Of a stretch of 64,000 bases of DNA, positions 42,210-52,001 are shown piece after piece (position 1 is the first letter of the stretch; each line of letters begins with the position of its first letter). The DNA is from Terriglobia bacterium (lineage in GTDB: Bacteria; Acidobacteriota; Terriglobia; JAJPHL01; JAPKYU01). Under the pieces are notes generated by a model. It saw only the letters and a list, made by a program, of their open reading frames with translations, did not search any database and had not been told where the DNA came from. The stretch covers positions 1,792,001 to 1,856,000 of the forward strand of contig CBDBKE010000004.1 in assembly GCA_965206645.1 (NCBI GenBank), in the 5' to 3' direction. Position numbers and translations under genes: made by a program.

Positions 42210-43214
42210 CTAGCCGCGCTTGGTCAGGCGGGCAAGAGTGGCGAGCTGCTCCAGGTGCTCCTTGATGGGCCGCGCCGGGGTTCCCCAGACGGTTTGGCCG
42301 CGGCGGATGGTCTTGTGCGGGAGCACGCCGCACCCTCCCCCCAGCACGGCTCCGCGCTCGATGCGCACATGGTCGCCAATGCCCACCTGGCCGCCAATCA
42401 CCGCATAGGATTCAATCACCACGCTGCCGGAAATGCCAGTCTGCGAGGCAATCGCGCAGTGCTCGCCGATGGTGACGTTGTGGGCGACCTGCACGAGGTT
42501 GTCAATCTTAGTGCCTCGTCCGATGACCGTTGCCCCTAGCGCTCCCCGGTCAATCGTCGAGTTGGCTCCCACTTCCACGTCGTCGCTGATTTCCAGCGTG
42601 CCCACCTGCGGAAACTTCTCGTAGCGCTGGCCATCGAAGACATAGCCGAAGCCATCGCTGCCCAGCACCACCCCGCTGTGCAGGATGGCGCGAGCGCCAA
42701 CGGTGGTGCCAGGGTAAACGGTGACACGCGGGTAGAGAAAGCAGCCGGGACCCAGACGCACGCCCTCGCCCAGCACGCAGGCAGCGCTGATGACCGTCTC
42801 CGGGCTAATTTCGGCGCGGGCGCCCACGACGGCGTAGGCCCCAACATGCACCCCTTCGCCCAGACGGGCGCTGCGGTCGACCGCCGCCGTCGGATGGACG
42901 CCCGGAGCCGGACGTGCCCGCGTGTGGAACCGCTCCACGACGCGGGCAAAAGCCAGCTTGGGATTGCGTGCGCGAATCACCGTGCGCCCGCCTGCCTCGG
43001 CGCCCTCTCCTACAACGATGCATCCCGCCCGACTCTCGCGCGCTCGCCTCAGCACCCGCTCTGAGTCGGCGAAGACCACGTCGTGCTCGGTGGCGCTGTC
43101 CAGCGGCGCCACTGCTTGAATCAACCGCCCGGTCTCCCCTTCTGCCGTGCCGCCAGCCACCGCAGCCAGCGCTTCCACAGATTCACCCCTCGGCTTGCCT
43201 GGTTGCGAACCCAT
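42210..43214 (-). CDS. lpxD: UDP-3-O-acylglucosamine N-acyltransferase
   Basis: Hexapeptide repeats, LGSDGFGY, PQVG, VGANSTIDRG, TKIDNLVQVAHN, AIASQTGISGS, WGTPA. Confidence 0.94.
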   Translation of the reverse strand: MGSQPGKPRGESVEALAAVAGGTAEGETGRLIQAVAPLDSATEHDVVFADSERVLRRARESRAGCIVVGEGAEAGGRTVIRARNPKLAFARVVERFHTRARPAPGVHPTAAVDRSARLGEGVHVGAYAVVGARAEISPETVISAACVLGEGVRLGPGCFLYPRVTVYPGTTVGARAILHSGVVLGSDGFGYVFDGQRYEKFPQVGTLEISDDVEVGANSTIDRGALGATVIGRGTKIDNLVQVAHNVTIGEHCAIASQTGISGSVVIESYAVIGGQVGIGDHVRIERGAVLGGGCGVLPHKTIRRGQTVWGTPARPIKEHLEQLATLARLTKRG

Positions 43215-43236
43215 CCTCTCCCCCTGCCAATTTCTC

Positions 43237-43273
43237 GGTAGTGTCCTAGATTTATCAAAATTAGGACACTACC
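43237..43273. repeat. Perfect 12-bp inverted repeat with an AT-rich 13-nt spacer between divergent lpxD and lpxA2
   Basis: GGTAGTGTCCTA gatttatcaaaat TAGGACACTACC. Confidence 0.85.
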
Positions 43274-43316
43274 AGTTTGGCGTTGCTACGCCGCTCCGGT
43301 AAGATTACTACTGTCG

Positions 43317-44087
43317 ATGATTGCCGCCACCGCTATTGTGCATCCTGGAGCGCGGGTGCATCCCGAGGCCAGCATCGGGGACTACTGCATCGTCGAGGAC
43401 GAGGTGGAAATCGGCCGCGGGACGCGCCTGGACCCCTTCGCCATCGTTAAACGCTATACCACGCTGGGCGAGGACAATCACCTCTACTCTGGGGCACAAC
43501 TGGGCACAGACCCGCTGGACAAGAAATTCGATCCCAACCAGCCCAGCTACCTGCGCATCGGCGACCGCAACATCTTGCGGGAGTATCTCACGATCTCGCG
43601 CGGCACCGAGCCAGGCTCCGTCACCCGCATCGGCAACGACAACTACGTCATGACCAGCGTGCACATCGCCCACAACTGCACGGTGGGCGACCACAACACC
43701 ATCTGCTCCTGCGCGTTGATCGCCGGCTACACCGAAATTGAGGACCACTGCTTCATCTCGGGCGCGGTAGCGGTGCACCAGTACTCCCGCATTGGGCGGC
43801 TGTCCATGATCAGCGGCAACACGCGCGTCACCCTGGATGTGCCGCCGTTTATTTTGGTCGCGGAGTTTCACATCGTGGCGCGCGGGCTGAACCTGGTGGG
43901 ACTGCGGCGCAACGGCTTGTCCAAGGAATCAATCGGGCGGCTGAAAGACGCCTACCGGCTGCTGTACCGCTCCCAGTTGCCGCTTGCCGATGCGCTGAAG
44001 CGAATCGAGGAGAAAGTCCCCGGCGAGGAGGCCCGCCACCTGGTAGCCTTCGTCCGCGCCTCCCGGCGCGGCATCTGCCGCGAATGA
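43317..44087 (+). CDS. lpxA: Second LpxA-family acyltransferase
   Basis: TAIVHPGA, LREYLTISRGT, HIAHNC, VHQYSRIG, DVPPF, GLNLVGLRRNG, SRRGI. Confidence 0.88.
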   Translation: MIAATAIVHPGARVHPEASIGDYCIVEDEVEIGRGTRLDPFAIVKRYTTLGEDNHLYSGAQLGTDPLDKKFDPNQPSYLRIGDRNILREYLTISRGTEPGSVTRIGNDNYVMTSVHIAHNCTVGDHNTICSCALIAGYTEIEDHCFISGAVAVHQYSRIGRLSMISGNTRVTLDVPPFILVAEFHIVARGLNLVGLRRNGLSKESIGRLKDAYRLLYRSQLPLADALKRIEEKVPGEEARHLVAFVRASRRGICRE

Positions 44088-44152
44088 TTGTGTTTCATTT
44101 GCGGCGCGGTTGCCACGTTCGGGAACAGGGCCGGGCAGTTCACTTGTCAGCT

Positions 44153-45829
44153 TCACCGTTGCGGGCCGGCTCCCAGCATGTCGTAGATGGCAGCCCAGTT
44201 GGCCGGTGGCTGTTCCTTGGGGTTAATCACGAGTTCCAGCAGTTGCGGGCCGCCGGGCTCCAGGGCCCGGTTGAACAGGGTGTCCACCTGGCCGGGATGG
44301 CTGGCGCGGGCGCCGCGGAGGCCGTAGGCAGCCGCCAGCGCCACGAAGTCAGGATTGCCGTGGTCGGCGCCATAGCGGAACCCGCGCAGGCTGCTGTTCA
44401 AGCGCAGGGTGCCGTAGCCACCATCATTCAGAACCACGGTCAGGGGCATGGCGTCTTCGCGCGCCGCGGTCTCCAGATCACCTGAGGTCATCATGAAATC
44501 GCCATCGCCCACGGCACATACCACGCGTCGCTCGGGGAAAATCAGGCGGGCTGCTATGGCCGCGCCAAAGGCAAATCCCATAGCCCCGAAGTTGCACGCG
44601 GAGAGGTACTGGCGAGGACCGTAACAAGGAAGTGTGGCGTTGACCGGGATCTGGTGCAAGCCTGTGCCGCAGATCACGATGGCGTTGCGCGGCAGCAATG
44701 GCGCCAGGCGCGACAATGCGTAGGTGGCCGGCATTGGCTCGGCGGGGAAGGCACAGCGCTGCAGGATGGTCTGCCATTCAGTGCGAGCCGTTTCCAACCG
44801 CCCCCACCAGGCATCGTTGCAAAGCCCTCGCAGCCCGGCAGCCAGCAACTGTTCGATGGCCGCGCCCGCGTCCGCCTCCAGCATGGTTGCCTGCGGGAAG
44901 CGCTCTGCCAGACGTTGCAGGTAAGCGCCATCCGCATTGATCATGGCTACACGCCCCGCCGGCAGGCGAGCGTAGAAGTAGGTGAGCACGTCGGAAAGCC
45001 CGCAGCCCAGACACAACAGACAATCGGTCTGAGTCAGCGCGTAGTCGGCAGCGCTGCTGCCCGAATATCCGGCTCGTCCAAAGCAGAGGTGGTGATCCTC
45101 GGGAATCACTCCGCGGCCGTTTCCGGTGGTGATCAGCGGCAGGCGCGCCGACTCCACCAGCTTCAGAACCAGTGGGGCCGCGTGCTGAACGCCCCCTCCG
45201 GCCAGCAGCAGCGGGCGCTGGGACTGGCGCAACTGTTCGACCACGCCGGCCAGATCGTCAGGTGCGGAAAGGCGGGGCACCTCCATCTCCTTTGGCAAGT
45301 TTTCGAGTGGCACCTGCTCGGCCTGATCCCACAGGTCCTCGGGCACCTCCAGCACCACCGGGCCGGCAGGCGGAGTGGCCGCTGCCGTCCAAGCCTGAAC
45401 AAAGGTATCGGGAACATCGGCGGGCTGCCCCAAGCGGAAGAAGGCCTTCACATAGGGCGTTAGTGCGCTCGCCTGGTCCACTTCCAGAGCCCCGCCCAGG
45501 CCGGCCATGGAGCGCCGGGCACCTCCCACAATGGCCAGCAGAGGCGAACAATCCTTGGCAGCAATCGCCAGGCCTAAGGCGCCATTCAACACGCCCGCCC
45601 CGGCGTGCAACAGCACAATTCCGGGGCGTTGGGTCAGCCGCCCCTCTGCATCGGCCATGGTCGCGGCGACTAATTCATGGCGCGCCGAGATGTAGCGAAT
45701 CTGGCCGCTGACCCGCTCCAGCTCTTTGTACAACGGCATGATTGAGGTGCCAATCAGGCCGTACACGCGGGGAACGCGGGCGGCCTGTAAGCAGGCCAAC
45801 AGCGCCTCTGCAGTCGTTTGCTCTGGCAT
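44153..45829 (-). CDS. Thiamine pyrophosphate-binding protein (acetolactate synthase large subunit-like)
   Basis: ARHE, GPVVLEVP, FGAMGFAFGAAI, VGDGDFMM...VLNDGGYG; start ATG 45829. Confidence 0.88.
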   Translation of the reverse strand: MPEQTTAEALLACLQAARVPRVYGLIGTSIMPLYKELERVSGQIRYISARHELVAATMADAEGRLTQRPGIVLLHAGAGVLNGALGLAIAAKDCSPLLAIVGGARRSMAGLGGALEVDQASALTPYVKAFFRLGQPADVPDTFVQAWTAAATPPAGPVVLEVPEDLWDQAEQVPLENLPKEMEVPRLSAPDDLAGVVEQLRQSQRPLLLAGGGVQHAAPLVLKLVESARLPLITTGNGRGVIPEDHHLCFGRAGYSGSSAADYALTQTDCLLCLGCGLSDVLTYFYARLPAGRVAMINADGAYLQRLAERFPQATMLEADAGAAIEQLLAAGLRGLCNDAWWGRLETARTEWQTILQRCAFPAEPMPATYALSRLAPLLPRNAIVICGTGLHQIPVNATLPCYGPRQYLSACNFGAMGFAFGAAIAARLIFPERRVVCAVGDGDFMMTSGDLETAAREDAMPLTVVLNDGGYGTLRLNSSLRGFRYGADHGNPDFVALAAAYGLRGARASHPGQVDTLFNRALEPGGPQLLELVINPKEQPPANWAAIYDMLGAGPQR

Positions 45830-45833
45830 AGGT

Positions 45834-47024
45834 TCACACCTGGCGACGGATGGCTTCCAACGCGCGCTCCACCGAGGCCGCGTCGGCTGCACCCGCCTGC
45901 GCTGCATCCCTTGAACCGCCGCCCCGCAGCCCGTACTTCCCCGCCATCTCCTTCACTAACGCGCCCAGGTTCGCCGCCAGCCCGGGCGATTGGGCCAGCA
46001 CCAGCGTAGGCGGTTGCCGTAGGGCGAACAAGGCTCGCGCTCCCTGCCCCGGGCCGCCCTGCGCGGCAAACCGGCTGGCGAGCCAGTGAACGTAGCCGGG
46101 ATCGCCCGCATCGAACAGCTTCACCAGTTGACGGACGCCATTGGACTCCTCCGCCTCAGCATACATCTGACGCGCCTCATAGCCCGCCAGCGTTCCCGTC
46201 AACTTCTGCCGCTCCTTGTCGGCTGCCTTGAGAGCCTGGAGCTGGCTGCCCACCAGCGCGGCTACTTGATGCGGGTGAGTGGTGAGGATGTTGGCGGCTT
46301 CCGCCAGCGCCGTGTAGTCCAGCCTGGCCACGCGAACGGCGCGCCGCCCACATACAAATTCCACCCGCACTCCCTGCTTGCATTTTTCCACTTTTCGCAC
46401 GAGCACCGCACCGATTTGCCCGGTGCGCGCAACGTGCGTACCACCGCAGGCGGTCAAGTCAAGCTCGGGAATCTCCACCAGCCGCAGTTCGCCTTCGCGG
46501 GCCACGTCCTTGCGTAACGGCAGGGCTTTGGCCTCGTCCGGGGTGGCGAACCAGACGCGCAGCGAGCGGTCTTCGAACACGACTTCGTTTGCCACCTCCT
46601 CGGCCCGCCGCACCTGTTCGGGTGAGACTGCTGCGGTGCCCAGGTCAATCGTTGACGTCTCAGCACCCAGGTGGAAGCTCACCGTGGAAAAGCCGAATCT
46701 GCAGACGAAGACCGCCGACAGCAGGTGCTGGCCGGAGTGCTGCTGGATGTGGTCCGCGCGGCGGGGCCAGTCAATTTCCCCATGTACCGTCTCGCCGACC
46801 TGACCCTGCACCGCTCCTTCGAGCCGATGTAAAATCTCGCCCCGCTGGTTCTCCAGAACCTCAACCACCGGCTCGCCACCCAGCATCCCGGTGTCATGCG
46901 GCTGGCCGCCTCCGGTGGGATAAAAGGCCGTACGGTCCAGCACCACGCCTTCTGGGTCGAGGCGAACCACCCGCGCCTCAAATGTCCTGAGAAACGAATC
47001 GTGGCAGTAGAGCCGCTCGCTCAC
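45834..47024 (-). CDS. Alanyl-tRNA editing protein (AlaX with DHHA1)
   Basis: LDRTAFYPTGGGQPHD, QQHSGQHLLS, ACGGTHV, RGGGS. Confidence 0.9.
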   Translation of the reverse strand: MSERLYCHDSFLRTFEARVVRLDPEGVVLDRTAFYPTGGGQPHDTGMLGGEPVVEVLENQRGEILHRLEGAVQGQVGETVHGEIDWPRRADHIQQHSGQHLLSAVFVCRFGFSTVSFHLGAETSTIDLGTAAVSPEQVRRAEEVANEVVFEDRSLRVWFATPDEAKALPLRKDVAREGELRLVEIPELDLTACGGTHVARTGQIGAVLVRKVEKCKQGVRVEFVCGRRAVRVARLDYTALAEAANILTTHPHQVAALVGSQLQALKAADKERQKLTGTLAGYEARQMYAEAEESNGVRQLVKLFDAGDPGYVHWLASRFAAQGGPGQGARALFALRQPPTLVLAQSPGLAANLGALVKEMAGKYGLRGGGSRDAAQAGAADAASVERALEAIRRQV

Positions 47025-47187
47025 CCGGCGATTCTAGCACCGCAAGGTGGTTTCTGTCGTTCCCGCTACAGTGCGCATTGGAAATCGTGGCGATGAATCT
47101 GCATAGGCTCATCATGCAAGAAAAGGGATAGGCGACACGGGCGAGCGCCCAGCCGATGGTCAATGGCTCAATCCTTAATAGTTGAAT

Positions 47188-48458
47188 TCAAAAGGGGGTA
47201 ATCAAGCCGCCGATGTTGGCCTCGGACCCTCTGGGGATTTCTGCTGCGCGTTCAAGCACGTCCAGATATTTCAGTCCCGAGCCGGTGTTGAACAGCACCA
47301 CCGACTGGTCCGGCGTCAGGAACCCCGAGGCGAGCAACTTGCGGTAGGCGGGCAGACAGGCGGCCCCTTCCGGGGCGGGCAGGATGCCCTCGGTGGAACT
47401 CATCTCGCGCACGCCTTCCAGGATCTCCTCATCGGTGACGCTGACACAGCTGCCGTGGCTGGCGCGGACAATCTCCAGGATGAGGAAGTCGGCCAACGGC
47501 TTGGGGACGCGCAGCCCGGCCGCCAGCGTGCGTGCGCCTTCAAAGAATTGCGCGTGGTTGGCGCCCTGCTCGAAGGCGCGCACAAGGGGTTGGCATCCCG
47601 CCGCCTGCACCACAATCATCCTGGGGCAAGGGGTTGGCATCCCGCCGCCTGCACCACAATCATCCTGGGGCGCTCGGAGCCTTCGATCCAGCCAATCTGC
47701 TCCATTTCCTCGAAGGCTTTCCACATGCCGATCAGGCCGACTCCACCGCCGGTTGGATACACGATGGCATCGGGCAGCGTCCAGCCGAGCTGCTCCGCCA
47801 GCTCGTAGCCCATGGTTTTCTTTCCTTCCACTCGATAGGGCTCCTTCATGGCGGAGACGTCGAACCAACCCTCCTGCTGCGCACGCTCAGCGACGAGGCG
47901 TGCGCAATCACTGACCAGTCCGGGGACCAGCGTCACGCAGGCCCCGTAGGTGCGACATTCCACCACGTTGGCGCGAGGAGCGTCCTCGGGCAGGAAGACA
48001 TGCGCTTCCAGGCCTGCGACAGCGGCGTAGGCGGCCAGGGCGGAAGCCGCGTTGCCCGCCGAGGGCATGGCCAGCCGCGTCAGCCCCAGTTCGCGCGCCA
48101 TCGAAACCGCGCAGGAAAGCCCGCGCGCTTTGAACGAGCCGGTGGGGTTTTGCCCCTCGTCTTTGATGAACAGACGGGACGCGCCGCAGAGCCGGCCCAG
48201 TCGGCGAGCGCGCAACAGAGGGGTGAACCCCTCGCCCGCCGTCACCACCGAATCTTCGCGCTCGCATGGAAGCAGAGCGCGATAGCGCCACATGCTGGCT
48301 GGGCCCTCGGCCAGCGACGAGCGCGGGTAGTGGCTGGCCACCGATCGCAGGTCGTATCGGACCAACAGCGGCCCGCCGCAAGGACACAAGGTATGTGGTC
48401 TGTCCGCCTCAAACCCTCGCTGGCAGCGGGAGCATTCCAGATGAGTGGCGTTGGTCAT
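47188..48458 (-). pseudogene. thrC: Threonine synthase family gene frameshifted by a 44-bp tandem duplication
   Basis: SMWRY, GEGFTP, NPTGSFKARG, PSAGNA, EPYRVEGKKTMG in one frame; VQAAGCQP, PEGAA, FNTGSGLKY in another; removing one copy gives 1227 nt (408 aa). Confidence 0.88.
47583..47670. repeat. Perfect 44-bp tandem duplication
   Basis: CAAGGGGTTGGCATCCCGCCGCCTGCACCACAATCATCCTGGGG twice (47583-626 and 47627-670). Confidence 0.97.
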
Positions 48459-48518
48459 GGGGGGTCATGGGGAGCGCCGGAGACTATCACGCATATGAAT
48501 TGGCACGCATATTGGCAC

Positions 48519-48652
48519 GCAATTTTTCCCAACGGCAGGCCGGCCAAATCCGTCCCCTCTTCATAGCGATGGTACGGGGCCGGCAGCTCCGGATACTGAC
48601 TGCCTTCGCCGTCGACGGCATGGCTGAGATCCACAAGAATCGAGCGCGACAT
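48519..48652 (-). pseudogene. Remnant of a cyclase (kynurenine formamidase-like) family gene
   Basis: ILVDLSHAV...YPELPAP joined directly to YHRYEEGTDLAGLPLGKIA, with the HxGTHxDAP core missing. Confidence 0.5.
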
Positions 48653-48734
48653 GGAAAGCATTGTAAGCCTCTTCCCACAACCGCATCCAGCCCCGGGCGT
48701 GCGAGCATGGACCTGACGTGTTAGCATGGAAGTG

Positions 48735-49583
48735 ATGCAGCCCGCCATTCGCCTGCTGGCGATAGATATTGACGGCACGCTGCTGGACACCCACTCGCAG
48801 TTGCCGCCGCGTAACGCGTCGGCACTGGAGGCGGCCCATAACGCCGGCGTGGAGGTGGTGTTGGTGACCGGGCGGCGGTTCGCCTTCGCGCTTCCCGTGG
48901 CGCAATTGCTCCCGTTCGAGTTGGTGATGATCACCAGCAACGGCGCCCTGGTAAAGTCGCGCAGCGGCCAGTCCTACTACCGCGACCTGCTCGCCCGGGA
49001 GACAGCAGCCCGGGCGCTGGAATGGACGCATCGCTGGCGCGACTACACGCTGCTGGCTTACGATGTGGACGGTCCCGGGCAACTTGTGCTGGAAGGGCTG
49101 GAGAAGCGAACGCCCACCTTCCTGGCCTGGCTGGAGCGCAACCGCCAGTTTGTCAGCTTCGCCTCGCTGGAGGAAACGCTTGAGGCTCGGGCGCCCGAGG
49201 AGCCCCTTCAGGTCATGTACACCGGGCCTGTCGAGGTGCTGCGCCAGATCGAAAGCAGGCTGCTCGACTCCCCCTTCCGTGCCGAGTTCCGCCTGCTGAA
49301 AACCGAGTACGTGACCAAGGATTTGAGTATCCTGGATGTCATCAATCGCCGCTGCTCAAAGGGCCATGCGGTGCGGGCCTGGGCCCAACGCCAGGGTTGC
49401 CGCCGCGAGGAAGTGATGGCGATCGGGGACAACTTCAATGACCGAGAGATGCTGGAATTCGTCGGGCGGCCCGTGGTCATGGACAACGCCGTGGCTGAAC
49501 TGAAGTCCAACGGCTGGCAGGTCACGGCCCACTGCAACCAGGCAGGTGTGGCCGATGCCGTCGAGCGTTGGATCTTAGCCTGA
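48735..49583 (+). CDS. Cof-type HAD-IIB family hydrolase
   Basis: LAIDIDGTLL, VTGRR, SNGA, SKG, AIGDNFNDREML; start 48726 or 48735. Confidence 0.92.
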   Translation: MQPAIRLLAIDIDGTLLDTHSQLPPRNASALEAAHNAGVEVVLVTGRRFAFALPVAQLLPFELVMITSNGALVKSRSGQSYYRDLLARETAARALEWTHRWRDYTLLAYDVDGPGQLVLEGLEKRTPTFLAWLERNRQFVSFASLEETLEARAPEEPLQVMYTGPVEVLRQIESRLLDSPFRAEFRLLKTEYVTKDLSILDVINRRCSKGHAVRAWAQRQGCRREEVMAIGDNFNDREMLEFVGRPVVMDNAVAELKSNGWQVTAHCNQAGVADAVERWILA

Positions 49584-49596
49584 TGCAGGACGCAAA

Positions 49597-50301
49597 ATGC
49601 GGAGTTCGAGATTGAGTCGCGTAATGCAGCGGGCAGGGCGGTGGCTGCCTCTCCTTGTCATGCTGCTTCTGGTCCTGTTGGCTCCCGCTCACCTGCCGGC
49701 GGCCGAGTGCGCGGTTTTCAAGACCGGGTTCCGCCTCGAAATCGAGCGACACGAACAGAGCGGGGCGGTGACGCGCCTGTTCCTGGCCGGCGGCGGGGTC
49801 GTAGAAGTTCGTGCAGGCGACATCCGGCGCTTCGAAGCCGATGAACGCGTCCCGGGGGTTGCTTCCCCTGCGGCCGCGGGGCCTGGCGAACCCGGGGACG
49901 GTGACCTGCGGCAGTTGGTTCGGAGTGCGGGCGAGGCCCACGGTCTGGATCCCGACCTGATCGAGAGCGTGATTCACGTTGAATCCGCCGGCAACCCGCG
50001 TGCGGTCTCACCGAAAGGGGCGAGCGGCCTGATGCAGTTGATGCCCGAGACGGCGCGCGCACTGCGCGTCCACGACGTGTTCGATCCCGCGCAAAATGTG
50101 GAGGCCGGCACGCGCTACCTGCGCCAGTTGCTCGACCTGTACAACCACGACCTGGCCCTGGCCCTGGCCGCCTACAATGCCGGACCGGGAAAGGTGGAAG
50201 CCTATAAAGGAATCCCGCCCTATCGGGAGACACGCAACTACGTGTCGCGCGTTATCCGAACTTTCAACCAAAAGAAGACCGCCGCGCCAGCCCGCCAGTA
50301 G
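49597..50301 (+). CDS. Lytic transglycosylase (SLT domain)
   Basis: VIHVESAGNPRAVSPKGASGLMQLMP, NVEAGTRYL, ALAAYNAGPG, PPYRETRNYV. Confidence 0.93.
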   Translation: MRSSRLSRVMQRAGRWLPLLVMLLLVLLAPAHLPAAECAVFKTGFRLEIERHEQSGAVTRLFLAGGGVVEVRAGDIRRFEADERVPGVASPAAAGPGEPGDGDLRQLVRSAGEAHGLDPDLIESVIHVESAGNPRAVSPKGASGLMQLMPETARALRVHDVFDPAQNVEAGTRYLRQLLDLYNHDLALALAAYNAGPGKVEAYKGIPPYRETRNYVSRVIRTFNQKKTAAPARQ

Positions 50302-50990
50302 CGAGAAGCCTGCCGTACCCACTCTTTCTGGTCTCACGGTTCGTCATAGCGCCTTAGGAGCCGAACCCAGATGTTGCGGAATCGCAGCGGGTTACCATGG
50401 TTCTGCGCCACCAACGGTTCCTCGTCTGGGTGCGGCGGATAGGTCGTCGCTTCCAGGGCCGTGCTCCCAAGCACCTGCTGGCGGTGGTCCGCCCGTGAAA
50501 ACCCTACTTCCTCAGTCCACTGCCCTCTCTGGCCTCCTCACCTATATATCACAGCCAGAATCGAGACCCAGTGTTGGTCGTAGCAGGCCGAGGCTCGGTT
50601 GTGAATTCTTTTGGGCTGCCTGAAGGCGAGATTGTCAGCGCGTTGTGCTCCACTCGCTTGGTGCTGACTACAAAGGAACCCCCAGCGTCATCTGGGCAGC
50701 GGATTGGGCTACACTGTTGGCTGACTTGTGCTGCGCAGGGTAAAATGGCGTGCGTAGGCCCCACGCTGGCGGCAGCGCTGTCTGCACCTATGATGCTCGC
50801 GGGCGCTTCTAGTGGGGGCCATTGAAGAAACCTACGGGTAGCGCAGTCGGCCGTTGCCTCGCTACAGGGTGCAGCTCCTCCGGTGGTGGAGCAGCTGGGT
50901 CTGGAGGATTTTCCCGGGAAAAGGGAGCAGAGCGGCAGAGCTGCTTTTTGCATAGCATGCCTCGTGTGAGCTCCGAAGTCGAGGAGAAGC

Positions 50991-52001
50991 GTGATCCCAA
51001 CTATCCTGATCGTTGATGACGACCCAGCCTTTCGCAGCCTTCTGGCTGGACTGCTGCGGCCACAGGGATTCGAGATAATCACCGCCGGCGACGGCCACGA
51101 AGCGCTGGAAGAATTCGCGCGGCGCGGACCCGACTTGGTGTTGCTGGACGTACAAATGCCGCGCATGCGCGGTTTCGAGGTCTGCCGACACCTCAAACAG
51201 AACCCCGAGACCCGATTGACGCCGGTGGTGTTGGTCACGGGGCTTGCGGCCACCGAAGACCGTATTCAAGGCATTGAGGCTGGCGCCAACGAATTCTTGA
51301 GCAAGCCCGTGGATCGCAACGAGCTTCTGGCACGGGTCCGCTCCCTGCTCGCTCTGAAGGGGTACACCGATGAGTTGGAGCGTGCCGAGTTGGTTTTGTT
51401 TGCCCTGGCTCGCAGCATTGAAGGCAAAGATCCTTACACTGAAGGCCACTGCGAGCGGTTGTCAGACTACTCGTCCCGCTTGGGCGAGCGCGTCGGGTTG
51501 CCGCCCGACGAGATCACCGCTTTACGGCGGGCCGGCATCGTGCACGACGTTGGCAAGGTGGCCGTGCCCGATGCTATTCTGCTCAAACCGGGCCCGCTGA
51601 CATCGGACGAGTGGGCGGTTATGCGCCAACATGCAGTGATCGGTGAGCGCATCTGCTCACCACTGAAGTCGTTTCGATTGGCAGTGCCCATCATCCGTCA
51701 TCACCACGAACGGTTCAACGGTTCGGGTTATCCGGACGGGCTCAAAGGTGAGCAGATTCCCATGACAGCGCGGGTGCTGCAAATTGCGGATGTGTACGAC
51801 GCGCTGACTACTGAGCGGCCTTACAAACGCCCTCTATCGGTGGAGGAAGCGTTGACGACAATGGTGGAGGAGGTCGAAAAAGGCTGGTGGGATCCGCATG
51901 TCTTTAACGAATTTCGGGAGATGGTCGCGGAGGCACGTGTGACCAGACCGATTTTTTGTACCAACCGTAGTGAGAGTTTACATCGCAGCCTGGGGCTGTG
52001 A
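50991..52001 (+). CDS. Response regulator with HD-GYP c-di-GMP phosphodiesterase domain (RpfG-like); last codons come from the IS
   Basis: ILIVDDD, LLDVQMP, SKP; HDVGK, HHHERFNGSGYP, ADVYDALT. Confidence 0.92.
   Translation: MIPTILIVDDDPAFRSLLAGLLRPQGFEIITAGDGHEALEEFARRGPDLVLLDVQMPRMRGFEVCRHLKQNPETRLTPVVLVTGLAATEDRIQGIEAGANEFLSKPVDRNELLARVRSLLALKGYTDELERAELVLFALARSIEGKDPYTEGHCERLSDYSSRLGERVGLPPDEITALRRAGIVHDVGKVAVPDAILLKPGPLTSDEWAVMRQHAVIGERICSPLKSFRLAVPIIRHHHERFNGSGYPDGLKGEQIPMTARVLQIADVYDALTTERPYKRPLSVEEALTTMVEEVEKGWWDPHVFNEFREMVAEARVTRPIFCTNRSESLHRSLGL

Noticed and set aside
48501-48525. Sigma54 promoter (TGGCACG twice)
   Set aside because: Neither copy has the -12 TTGC; explained by a 12-bp tandem duplication, though it could be a disrupted site
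50302-50990. c-di-GMP riboswitch or ncRNA in the long gap before HD-GYP; ORFs 50549-51253 and 50571-50825
   Set aside because: No GEMM-type GGCAAA/GCAAAGC pattern recognised; the ORFs lack motifs and start signals
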